From Mizuhopecten yessoensis (Eukaryota): a DNA stretch of 64,000 nt. The position numbers and the translations under genes are program-made. Positions 1-11,700 of the stretch are shown piece by piece. Position 1 is the first letter of the stretch, and every line of letters starts with the position of its first letter. Under the pieces are notes generated by a model. That model was not told the DNA's origin. It did no database searches and saw only the letters and a program-made list of their open reading frames with translations. The stretch is from NCBI RefSeq assembly GCF_002113885.1, contig NW_018406415.1:516746-580745 (forward strand), given 5' to 3'.

Positions 1-309
1 GGGGGGGGGGGGGCTGCCTTCGGCAACCCCATGTCGGGGCTTACACATGGTAAAGGGGCTAGCTACGCGCCTGTCGGGCGTCTCTCCTTTGTAATCTTCA
101 AAGGAAAGATATCAGCCTAGCGATTGGTCCTTTTTTTGATACCTGAGACCTCTTCGTGCCTTCAATTTTGCTATGATATATTCCAGGGGTGTAGAGAGCG
201 AAAGTGAGCGTAACTCCTGGATATCGAGGATGCATTTTCATAGGTTATATATGTAAGATTGATGCGTTCTTAACCCTTTTTTTCTCTTATTTGTTTGATT
301 GAGTCATGA

Positions 310-1108
310 AAACAGTAAATGTAACTTGGGATAACTTTTGACCAATCTTAACTTTCAAAGCGATGTTTTCGTTTGGCCTAGTAACCAGCATACTAACAGT
401 TACTTACTTTGTAATATTTAAGAGGAGCCTACGTTTAAATTTGTCCAGTGGTTCTTAAGAAATAGTGATAACAAACTGGAACTTTCACATAATTCAAGAT
501 CATTGTCTGGAAGTCATCCTTTTTGAGTCTCAAAATGAAACATCAAAACAACGGACCAAAAAGAACCTTAATATCGAAAGATCCCTCAAGTTCTTTTTGA
601 GAAATAGCGATAAAAATCATACTGTAACTTTTGAAATTCAGTCCAAAAAAAATCAACATGCATATAACCAAGGGGAACCTACGTTTGGAAGGATCCTTTC
701 AGTACTTGCTGAGAAAGAGCGGTAATACATTTTAACTTTCAATATTTAAGATGGCTGCCTGGCTTGATTTTCCGACCACCCAGTCCCAAAATTCAATCTT
801 CACAATTCACCATTGGACCAAAATATAAAGGTTGAGAAAGATCCCTCCAATTTTTTCTGAAAAATTGCGCTAACACAACTTTCGCTCTCGAGTTTAAAGA
901 TGACCGCTAGTCAGCCATCTTTGTTTTCCAGTCACCTAAAGATTCATTATGCACAGCTAGGGGGCAGGGAGCCTACATGTGAAATCTGAGAAAAATCTCT
1001 TCCGCACTTTCTGAGAGAAAGCGCTAACAAGAATCGTTTAAGAACGGACGACGAATCACGGAAGAATGTCGATTTGAAAAATCCACCATCTGATGATGGT
1101 GTGTAAAA
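310..1108 (+). mobile_element. Degenerate non-autonomous Helentron/HINE-like repeat
   Basis: Degenerate internal repeats (gatccctc...ttttctgagaaatagcg..aaca, aagatggctgcc), a GACG-type microsatellite near 1043-1060 and a terminal stem-loop CACCATC-tgat-GATGGTG at about 1085-1102. Boundaries are approximate. Confidence 0.5.
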
Positions 1109-1137
1109 ATAGACAATTCTCTTTAGTTTGAGATTAA

Positions 1138-2283
1138 AACAAGAGGCCCAGAGGGCATGTATCGCGCACCTGTTTCTTTTGTTACATGAAACTGACATAT
1201 AGGTAACTTCAGATCAAGTTTGGTAACTATTACACAAGACATTTTAACATCTCTTAAACGCTTCTAAAGATATTGTTGTTTGAAATCTCAAATTTTGATT
1301 TTAAAGCTTTTAACCCTAGTTTACATTTGACCCACGACTAGCACTTTCAGGTGACATTTGACCTCATTACTGTAATTAAGAAAAATATTCACAGCTGGTC
1401 TTCATAACATACCCAGGTACATGTATCATGACTAGACCAAATGCTTCTTTTGATATTGTTGTTTGAAGTTTTTAACATATATGACTTATGTGACCTTGAA
1501 AATAGGTCAAGGTCATTTTAAAGAGGAAACAGTATAGCACACAATCCCTGGTGCCTACCGACCAAATATCATGACCTACGGCCTTATGGAACTTGAGAAG
1601 GAGATTGTTAAAGCTTTTAACCCATGTTCACCTTTGACCCACGACTAGCACTGTCAGGTGACATTTTACCTCATTACTGTAATAAAGAATAAGAATAACA
1701 CTGCTGGTCTACATAACCTACTCAAGTATCATGACTAGTTCAAATGGTTCTTAGGATATTGTTGTTTGAAGTTATTAACATATTTGATCCCTGTGACCTT
1801 GAAAGTAGGTCAAGGTTACTTTAATGAGGAAACTTTATAGCACTCCATCCAAGGTACCTTCAGGCCAAATATCATGACCCTGGGCTTTATGGAACTTGAG
1901 AAGAAGATTGTTAAAGCTTTTAACCCATGTTGACCTTTGAACCCCGACTAGCACTTAAAGTTGACCTTTGACCTCATTACTGTAATAAAAAAAGATTTGC
2001 ACTGCTGGTCTACATAACATACTCAAGTATCATGACTAGTCCAAAAGGTTCTTAGGATATTGTTGTTTGGAGTTTTTAACATAGTTGACCCCTGTAACCT
2101 TGAAAGTAGGTCAAGGTTATTCTAATGAGGAAACTTTATAGCACTCCATCCCAGGTACCTACTGGCCAAATATCATGACCCTAGGTCATCCAGTTCTTCA
2201 GAAGAAGTCTTTAAAAAGAAAAAGTTGACGGACGGATGACGGACGAGACAGACGACGGACGGCTCAGTACGGCATAAGCTAAA
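1138..2283 (+). mobile_element. Non-autonomous Helentron/HINE (pearl-like) element with central tandem repeats
   Basis: Starts AACAAGAGGCCCAGAGGGC. Internal repeats have a period of about 305 bp (TTAAAGCTTTTAACCC at about 1301, 1608, 1911; GACCTTGAAAGTAGGTCAAGG motifs). A (GACG)n microsatellite lies at 2226-2262 and the element ends GGCATAAGCT. This architecture is typical of bivalve HINEs. Confidence 0.75.
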
Positions 2284-2601
2284 AATGAGTTTCGCTAGTA
2301 TGACAAGACTTCAAAAGATTTCAAAATTCATTAAAAACTGTAAAAATACATGAAATACAGAGTGATTTTTTTTGAATTATTTTTTAATATATTAAGTATT
2401 CATTTTATGTTGCCTTTGGTATCTTCTAAATATTACCAACTTTAACAAGACTTTTATAAAATGCGTCGCTACAACAAATCAATGTATATATTTACATTGG
2501 GTGTACTATTTTTGGTGGACAAAAATATCATATAAAAAAAAAATATCCGGATTCCGGAATTTTGCCAGGTGCGACTTGTTTTGGCAATTAGTATTACCTA
2601 T

Positions 2602-2626
2602 GCGGCTGTAGCAACGCAAAATGGCG
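2602..2626 (+). promoter_or_regulatory. Imperfect RFX X-box half-site (TAGCAAC) and YY1-like AAAATGGCG at the HOATZ start
   Basis: GCGGCTGTAGCAAC at 2602-2615 lies just upstream of the ATG of a motile-cilia gene. RFX regulation of ciliary genes is established, but this match is imperfect. Confidence 0.35.
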
Positions 2627-5600
2627 GTTGCGGTGGATCTGTCAAAGCACACCGACTGTGTCGAATTTGTAGGCTCTTCAGAAGAAGATATCAACTATGC
2701 AAAGACATTTTGGCAGTCTGTACAATTAGAACCACCAGCAGAATCCCGTCTCGTATCCAGTGACATAAAACAACGTCTCAAAGTAGCTCCATCAGGAACC
2801 CACGGTACTGTAACGTCATAGCAGACCGAAACAACCATCTCCTTTTTATTAATTTGGAAAATATAGACTAAGACCCATACAGATTCAGAGGAAGGAGTCA
2901 TTTATTTCGGACTTACTTCATCAAACCTCAGTTACCAATAATAATATAAATATTACCAATAGTGTACGTACTTGTAGGTAAATGTGTTTACAATTTTTAA
3001 AATAGGCCTAATGTGAAATTGTGTGCCCACCTGCTTTATTTATTTGTCAGCTATTTAGCCTCGTAGAGCAATTTTAGGACTTATGAACTAAAGTGAGGAA
3101 TATCTTTTTAGAATTGTGCATTTAAAACTGGGCATTTCCAACTGTGATATCCATATAATGATACCTTTTACCTGTGAATAATTATGTATAATTAAACGGG
3201 GTGATTATTTTTGCTCAGTTTTAACACCGAATAGCCTAACATAGAGGTTCCTCAACGAGTGATGGTTGGTTATCATGTTTATCTTACTGGAGTTAGTTAA
3301 TCTCCAAATTGTATAAAGACACGAGGTTTACCGGGTGTCTTTTACAATTTAAATATCAACTAAGTAGAATACCTGAGAAAACCCACATGGTCTGGCAGGT
3401 GACCCCATACCCTATCACATCCAATCAGGGAATCGGATTGGTGAAAGGCAAGTGCGCTATCCACTGCACCGCCCGGACAGAGGTCAGAGGAAGGGCTTAT
3501 TAAAGGACGTTAAAATAGCATTAATTGGAATTCAACATAACATAACAGACATGGGTGGGACTATTACCACAATACATGGGCTTATTATGACAAATAAGTA
3601 AGGTACATGTACGGTCTGGAGATAAAGGTTCAGACATTTAAGTTTAAAAATTTACTCTGCAGCTACTCTTCATATTGACTCTCATTGGTTCTTTTCTTCA
3701 TTACAGGTCTGACATATGCCCACAATATCCCAGAAGAAAAACCAGGTATGGAAAACAGTTATTAGCTGTGATGTACAGTAATAAATTAGAGTTGATGATG
3801 TTAATTGTGTACCATTTGTGTGCATTCTTACCAAAATGTAATGAAAATTCAGTTTGATTATACATGCAATTTTAAAAAGAATTATTAACATATATATTTA
3901 CAACTGAAATTATCATAAGAATTCAATATTGTAGTTATTTTTATGTTGTATCAATTTCAGAATTACACGATTTCTTTGTGAGGGTGCGGACCCTGGAACA
4001 GTTGGAGCATTTTTCAAGAGTACAGAAATTTGCAGAGGCAAGAGAGGAAGACAGAACTATGATTGAGAAACGTAGAGCAGAACGAATAAAGGTATGGTAT
4101 CAGTTATTAATTACATGTACACAAACTTGTACATTTCCAGATGGCGGATTGTCATGTACATTAAGTAGGTCACAGTGACCTATGGCTCAACCTTTGATTT
4201 TTTTTTGAGGCATATCTTCTAAACTAATTCACCTCAAGTCATACATGCCATATCTAATGATTTAAGCGTGAGACTCATGAAAAATGCTTCAGAAAAATTC
4301 CTTGCAGCGCAAGACACATTTCTCACGAATAGCAATCATCCTAACGAAAATAAACAGTTTGGTCAATCTTAGAAAATAAACAATAGCTACATGGATAAAC
4401 ACTGACCTTGTAAACGGAAATGTAAGTTGTGACTATAAAATTGAAACTGGACACCGACATTGAATCCAGAATTTATTCTCTCGCCGTCAGGTTTGGATCA
4501 AGTGTTTGTTTTTTTAAAATAACATAACACAAGAAAGCAAATTTCTTCACAATTGGATATATAAAAATAATGGCAGAAGTAGGTATTAGTTTATTTTGTT
4601 TCAACAAAGGAATATTAAATGTTCCCAATGTTTTGAGATATTTTTTTTTACCAAGAACTGTTGACCTCTCCAGAATTTTTATTTGTTTTAATTGTTTTTA
4701 TGTTTTTGCCTATGATGGATGTATTGTGATATATTTACTTTTAAATGTCGATAGCAATATCAGAACCGTCGGTCACAGGTAAACCTCCATAAAATCCTTT
4801 AAAATATCAAAAAATCTTCAATTTTGGTTCTAACAAAATATTGGAGGCTTCAATAATTTTTGTTTCAAATGTCTCACTAATTCAGAGAAAAAATCTCACT
4901 ATTTTGGACCAAATCTCTATTTTTCACCAGAACGTTATGGCATGTATGTAGAGTAACCAGATTTGGTATGCAAGTACATCCAGGGACCGAGTGTCAAGTA
5001 CAAAAAGTAGGTCACTGTGACTTATGCTTAACCTTTGCAAAATAAATGTTGAGACTTATCTTGGTACTAGTTCACCTGGAGTAACCAGATTTGGCATGCA
5101 AGTATGTCTTGGCTGTCAGAGTGAAGAATTACAAGTATGACACTGGAACTATATCCCGAGATAGGTGTAAAGCTCATTAAATAAAGAAATCCTTACCGAT
5201 GGGGTACAGCCTTGTTCAAAGATATTTCTTGTTTATATTACACAATAATTACAAAATTACAATTGCTTACATTTGGATATAGCTTGAAAAGTGAAAAGCC
5301 TTTTTAAATATATATATAATTTGGTTCTGTACTTTCAATGCAACCTCCTGAAGGGCAAGATACTTAATAGAAAAGTTTCAACAACAGTTCTGTCTGGCCC
5401 GTTTAACCTCTACTTATCTGTTATCATTACGAAGGTTGATACTGCCTTTCGTTTTATGGCAGCTTATTTAGGAAAAAATAAATTCTTCAATATCTGTGGC
5501 ACAATGGTTGACAGTGGTGATTTGTCTACCCCCTCTATCCATCTAAGTTATGTTTTTGTTTGCAGAGGGAGAGTATTTCGCGAGATTTCATTGGACGTAA

Positions 5601-5742
5601 GCGGGAGGTACGTGAAGCCTATGTTGACAAGTCTGAAGAAGCAGACAACGGTGTGATAGATGAAGATCCTTCGGATGCGTTATTACAACTCGACGCCTTT
5701 GAAAAGTCAAAGTTTGGGGAACAAGATCCTGATTCAGACTAA
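2621..5742 (+). CDS. HOATZ: Cilia- and flagella-associated protein HOATZ (C11orf88/UPF0722 family), 176 aa, 4 exons
   Basis: Exons 2621-2804, 3707-3745, 3961-4091, 5566-5742, all GT-AG with phases 1,1,0. The N-terminal motif [42 protein letters not shown] resembles the vertebrate HOATZ motif as I recall it (VFAGSSEQDANLAKQFW...PPSESQLV...QRLPVA). It is followed by a helical REE..RRAERIKRE segment and an acidic tail. AATAAA at 5868. Confidence 0.85.
3365..3478 (-). mobile_element. tRNA-derived V-domain SINE fragment
   Basis: The reverse complement shows a tRNA-like head (GGTGCAGTGGATAGCGCACTTGCCTTTCACC) and GGGTCACCTGCCAGACCATGTGGGTTTTCTC, shared with copies at 30500, 31948 and 46565. Confidence 0.65.
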
Positions 5743-8700
5743 TACAATTTTCAGTACACAAAAACAATATGTTCAAGATTCATAATTGATATTCATCATT
5801 ACCGAATGCAAGAATCGAGAGCAGTGAAAACGACAAGTGAGAAAAAGTGAATGTATGATAGGTGAACAATAAAATGTGATATAGTCCTGAACCTGATTTG
5901 TTTGTATGTTTATTGAAAACGAATCTGAATTCACTTCATGTCATTTGTGAAGTTGCATCTTTTATCACTATTTGTTTGTCTGGAGTGTTAACCAATGCAA
6001 ATGTACACTGTTCCACAGAATTAACAGGTATCGGTGTATCTTAATGCTTGTAATGATGATAGGTCAAGAAACTGGGTAATTCAATTTAATTATGTTCATC
6101 TAGTAAAACCTAGTTATACTGACACCATTTGAAGATGTCGGACGTTCAGTTTCTGATCCTGCATATTTGGCAGATAGACTTTATAACATTAATACATGTA
6201 TCACTGGTGTTTCATACTTCTTGAGTGAAAGTCTGAGAATATTTTCAATCAAGCGTACTACGTAGCATATATAGCTGGGCATGCATTCCTCTCATCAAAT
6301 ATTTTACTCCCAACAACAAAACCACAATAAAACAATTATATTTTTTATTAAGTAACAATTTCTGACATTTTTCCACAGGAAAAATGCATATATAATAACA
6401 GACAATATCAGTTTCAATGACAAAGACAGTCACCATCTTAGGGTGATTTCATTTCTTGATGGCATTAAGAATTGCAGATTGAAGTATAATTTTCCCTTGG
6501 ATTCAACTTTCTTCAACTTGTAACAAAGGAAAACATGAGAAAGTAAACCTCTGCTCAGTTTGAACAAATTAGAGTATTGAAATTTTCATTATTATAAAGT
6601 TGTTATCACTTCAAACTTTCTAAAAAGAATCATGTTCAAATGGATTTGTAGCAATGAACAAATGGTACAATCGTTAATTTGTTCATTACCAGTTAAAAGG
6701 CAAGTCATCTTCTCTCTAAACATTGTGTACATAGTACATACATAGTTAAGTGAACAGATGAAAATTTATTTGTTGAATAAAAAAAGTGCTTAAACTGTTG
6801 ATTTGAACTAACCTTCACACATTTTTTTTTTTTTTTTTTTTAGGAAAAACTTTTGGCTTCAGAAAATGTACTGGAATTTCAAAATATTACACGAAAATAT
6901 TACAAAAAATGTTTAATTACATGTACAAGAATCTTAGCCTTTTTGTGTGTGTGTAAATCAAGGATGTTTACATAACATTATATTCCAATTTATCCATGAA
7001 CCAATGAAAAATGTGATATCCAAAATAAAATCTGCTATATATTTCAACCTTCAATTGGTAAAGGAACTGTTTTCTAAATGTTGTTTTTACGGTATGAAGT
7101 AATAGATTACCTGGGTAAAACTCATTAAAATGTGTATACCAACACAATTTACATGTTTTACCACTTCTTAACTTGCACCAATGACCCTATGTAGAGAAAA
7201 AATGTATGATCAAATTACATTGTAGAAAATTACATTCATGTATTGATCTTCAAATAACAGAAGAAAAGACCTCAACTACACATCATTGATTGTTTTATAC
7301 AAACATGAGAATTTTTTTGAAGGAAGCATGCCCTAATGGCCCTTTAGACTGGTCTAAGTATTAAAATTAGCTTGTACCATAGCATCCACACACACACACA
7401 CACACTCACTAGCAAATACACATTCAGATCAACATTTGTTCATGACATAGGTGAAAATGCTTTAAAATGTTTACATCCAGATCAGACCATTAACAACCTT
7501 GTGAGAAAAACAACTAGTTTGATACCGGTCTCCAATGAAATCTGATGATTGTGGCCTACAATGAAATGTTGTTCATCTTTAAAACTTGAAAACTACACAC
7601 TTGGTTAAAAAGAAGCATTAGAATTTTCTCAAATCCCACTTCAAGGATTCACTTTCATGTTCCATCTGTAGAACGAATTTTACTCAAGCACAAAATGAAT
7701 AGTGATAAACTGTCTCCCTTCTTACACTCAACATACATCATGTTCATTGTCAAAACACACAGTTATTTACATCAGACACATACATCAGGTATTGTCAACA
7801 CATACAGTGCTTACATCTTACTTTCAACACATCATGTATACCTTTATGAACTAACAAATACTGCCGATTACTTACATTTTTGTGTAAATTTTAGCATTAA
7901 TCATCAATGAAAGTATCTACATATGAATAAGTTTTTATGCCTGTCATACATGAACACAAATCGATGTCCTTGTGAATATGGGTAGAATGGGGAATTTGCT
8001 AAATTAAATGCACATGAAATTGAAAGTGCTGCAGTATATGAATTCAGAATTTGGGGTATTTTAATTCACGACTGAAATTCAAAAATTTACACAAAAATAT
8101 GCATCACTGTCGAATATTAGTGATTTATAGCATCTCTTGTTCCAGACTATCTGGAAATCACATCAACACACCGGTGTCCCAGTCCTTTCTCCTTCATAAC
8201 CAGAGTGGTTATCTGAATGACTCGGGCCCAATGACTCACATCGCCAACCCTACCAGCACTTGGTGAGTCGATGTCCCTCATCACAATCAGTGGTAACGAC
8301 TTCCTCAAAAGATGTGCGTGATGTTTTATTTTTACCTACAAAAGACCTGTCAGTGCTGTGGGGAGTCAAGGTCTTTGCCGATACCCATGGCCAGAATCTA
8401 CCTGCTACTCGGTCTAGGAGATGTTAACATGTTTGTTAGTTTTTGTATTTCTGTACCAAGAAACATGAAATCCTGGAATCTTATGTAGTGTACAGGTGAA
8501 CAGCCTCTGGCAGATGTCTTTGTACTGGTGTACTTGGCTGCATCACAGAGCCTGGAGTCTATGAACCTAAGAGAGGTTGAACTGTGTACATATTGGAGAT
8601 ACACATCTACTCCTAAGCTCGCACACCTCATCCCCTGTCCTTGGAAGTCATGTTCCATCCTGTTCTCATGGATATTCAGGAATTGTGACAGGTTATGGAT

Positions 8701-8763
8701 TTTGCCCGATTCTTATATTAAAGTGTTCTTTTTATAAAAAAAAACCAACGAAATATTATGCAC

Positions 8764-11700
8764 TCATCCTGAGAGATCGTTCGCATTAAACATGTCTGGA
8801 TCATATTTCTCTGCAGTTACTATTCGTCCACCAAAAAACCTTCCATTTAATGCTTGACACGCCTTTTCCACTTCTGAAAAATACAGAAACAGTAGAAATT
8901 TTAATATGAATTATTGAAAGTAATCTATGAGTAAAATACATTTGAAATTTGAACATTTTTTTTTTATTCCAAATATTATGAAATTCAATTTAGTTTTTTA
9001 AACTGTTTCAGCTCAATTTTGTATCAATTAACTTCAATGTTACTCACCACTTTGATTTGAAAATTCCACGAATATTTTAACAATTATTTCTGCATCCTCC
9101 GCTTCACTCTGTTTTTCCTGGTAAATAATTACACGATTCACAACACCATATTTTCCACACTCGTCTGTAACCTCATTTTCGAGTTCATCATCCAAATCTT
9201 CTGGTCCAACCATGTTTCGCAACGCCATGACTCGAAACTGAAAAAACAAAATCATGCTTGTTTTAGTAAATGAAGGGCCGATAATGAGGAAAAGTAAGTA
9301 CTCAAATCAGTCATGTAACTTGTAAATTAAATATTGTGGGAATGCTGCTCTGCTACCAGTTAAGTCTCTGACAAGTATTCACACACAAATTTAAAATACA
9401 GGATATACAATTTAAAAAAAAAAATCTCACTCAAATAAGGCATATAGAACTTGAGCATAGAATCTGAGTTTTAACACAAGAAATCAGAAATATCACCATG
9501 ATTTTGGCCTAAACTCACATCTGATTTGCGCATCAGTTTCTGCATGACCATATGCCTGGCGTTACTGCCACTGATCTTCATGTTCTCTTGTTGGTCGAGG
9601 GTCTGGGCAACATCCTCCTCAGTTGGCTTCTTCTTTTTCTCCTCCTCTTTGGGTGGCTGTGCATGAAACGGACTAAGTGCCCCAGGAGGTAGGGGGATCT
9701 GTAATGGGGGACCCGACATCTGGGGTATTTGGATGTTACCAGCTCCTGAAAAAAAAGAAACTTCATATCATTATAAAGTTCTGAACTTGTCATATATTAT
9801 ATGAAGAAAATTGTAGTCTGCTCAACAATAAAAAAATTAACTGGAAACAGAACAGAACCATCCCTTTGAAAGTCAATTTTGTTGTGTTGTAGAATAATAA
9901 GTGTACACATTCTTTGAAAAAATTAGGACGTAGAACATTGTCCTTTTAAATTTCTAATGATGAACAGCTGGTTTATATTAATATTATTTTTGAGTGTCAC
10001 ATCAATCAAGGATTATTACAAGAGTAATAGTGGGAATTTTGTACAGCAGGCACATAGAAACATTTGTGTTCAGAGGCAGTGATACATACCCGATACTGGA
10101 GTCACAATGCCAGGGGGAGGGATTGAGGGTGGTGCCACCCCCATTGGAAGTGTGGTCCCGTGGAGACTGCTAGGTTCAACAACACCTTGCTCTGAGACTA
10201 CCCGCTCTGGCGTCTTTGTGCCAAGCCCAGTGGGTGTTGCTACCCCAGGAGGTGCCTGTAAAATTGTTAAAAACGCATATAAATGAACTGTAGTTACAGA
10301 AGTACACAACTTTCAACACAAAATTCAAATCATTACATGTTGTACTTCTTGTGACATCCTTATCATAGCATCACATTCTAATAAATTCTGTAAACTCCAT
10401 TCTACTGCAGTAAGGATTGAAGGAGCTAGACAATGCTTACAAGAACTTGGCTAAATTGTTGTTGAGCATCCATGGCTGTAATTTTCGCTGTCACTGCAGC
10501 AGCTGCAACTGCTGCTGCTGTAGGAAGGCTGCCTGGTCCGGAGGCTGGCTGCAGGGCATCAGGAGGGGTGATGGCCTACAAAAGATCCAAGACTTTAAAT
10601 CAATTCTGGTCACTTTGTCATACAACAGAACCAAGACTTTAACTCAATTCTGGTCACTTTGTCACGAGTCTTTAAAGAAATTTTGAATGCAGGTTTTAAC
10701 TTTTACATGACGCCCAAAGATTTTTTTTCTCAGTTTTACAGATCATTTTTAAATTTCTTTAGATAGTAGCTGGTTTGAGAAATCTAAGGAAATCCTAAAA
10801 ATCTCACCTTCCCTACTCGCAGATATTGACCTCCAAGGTCAAATAAGTTCATAGAAGTCACTCCATCCAAGGCTGCCTGAGATGTTTCATATTCTATAAA
10901 GCCATAACCCCTGAAACAGTCACATATTCAAAGGTTTTATATTACGGAAACAAAAAATGCTTTGTTAATACCTGAACACTGTACTAAGCCACTAGTATAG
11001 CATTATACATGTCAGTCACAGGTCAGATCTATAACGTATTTGAAATTGGCTTAATTTTAGCTTTGTTTCATTTCATACATGTCATTAACACTTCACCCAA
11101 GTCAGTGGTTCTCAATTTTAAAATGACTATCCTACAAATGTCGGGACTCTCAAAAGCAAACACAAAAGGTTTTGGTCCATGATTGCAACACAAAGTCAAA
11201 CTGTCAGTTGTAGTTAGCTTAAGTTCCTAATATGAAATTTGCTTCCCAACAGCTTTCAAAGAAGTTCTGTTCTTAGTTTTATCTCTCAGGAATCGTGTAT
11301 ATGAAGGACCAACACACGGGTGGATGGACTGAAATGAGATATGCCATAAAAGGCACAAAGGAAAAAATTATATAAAATACATGTGTATCAGGGCCAAACA
11401 CTCAACTTTGGTGGACTAGTTAAATTGATTTTTTGCTAGTCCTACATCAACTTAACTAGCCCGAGATTTCCTGAAGGTAACATCCCTAGCCGCAATTGAC
11501 TGTATGGGGACATAACAACCTCTTACTATAATAGAAATATTGCCAAGTCTGAGGAAATTCTGATATTAAGCATTAAGCATTAAACATGCAATATTTGTTT
11601 TTATTGAGAAAACATAAGTTTAAAAAGTTTGAAGGACTTGAGTTCAGTGATTCTCTAGTCCTTGCTGGAAACTACCAACCTCAGACTAGAGGACTTTTGT

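Noticed and set aside
8351-8356. CAGTGC iron-responsive-element loop
   Set aside because: It is on the strand opposite the PUF60 mRNA and lacks the 5-bp upper stem with a bulged C.
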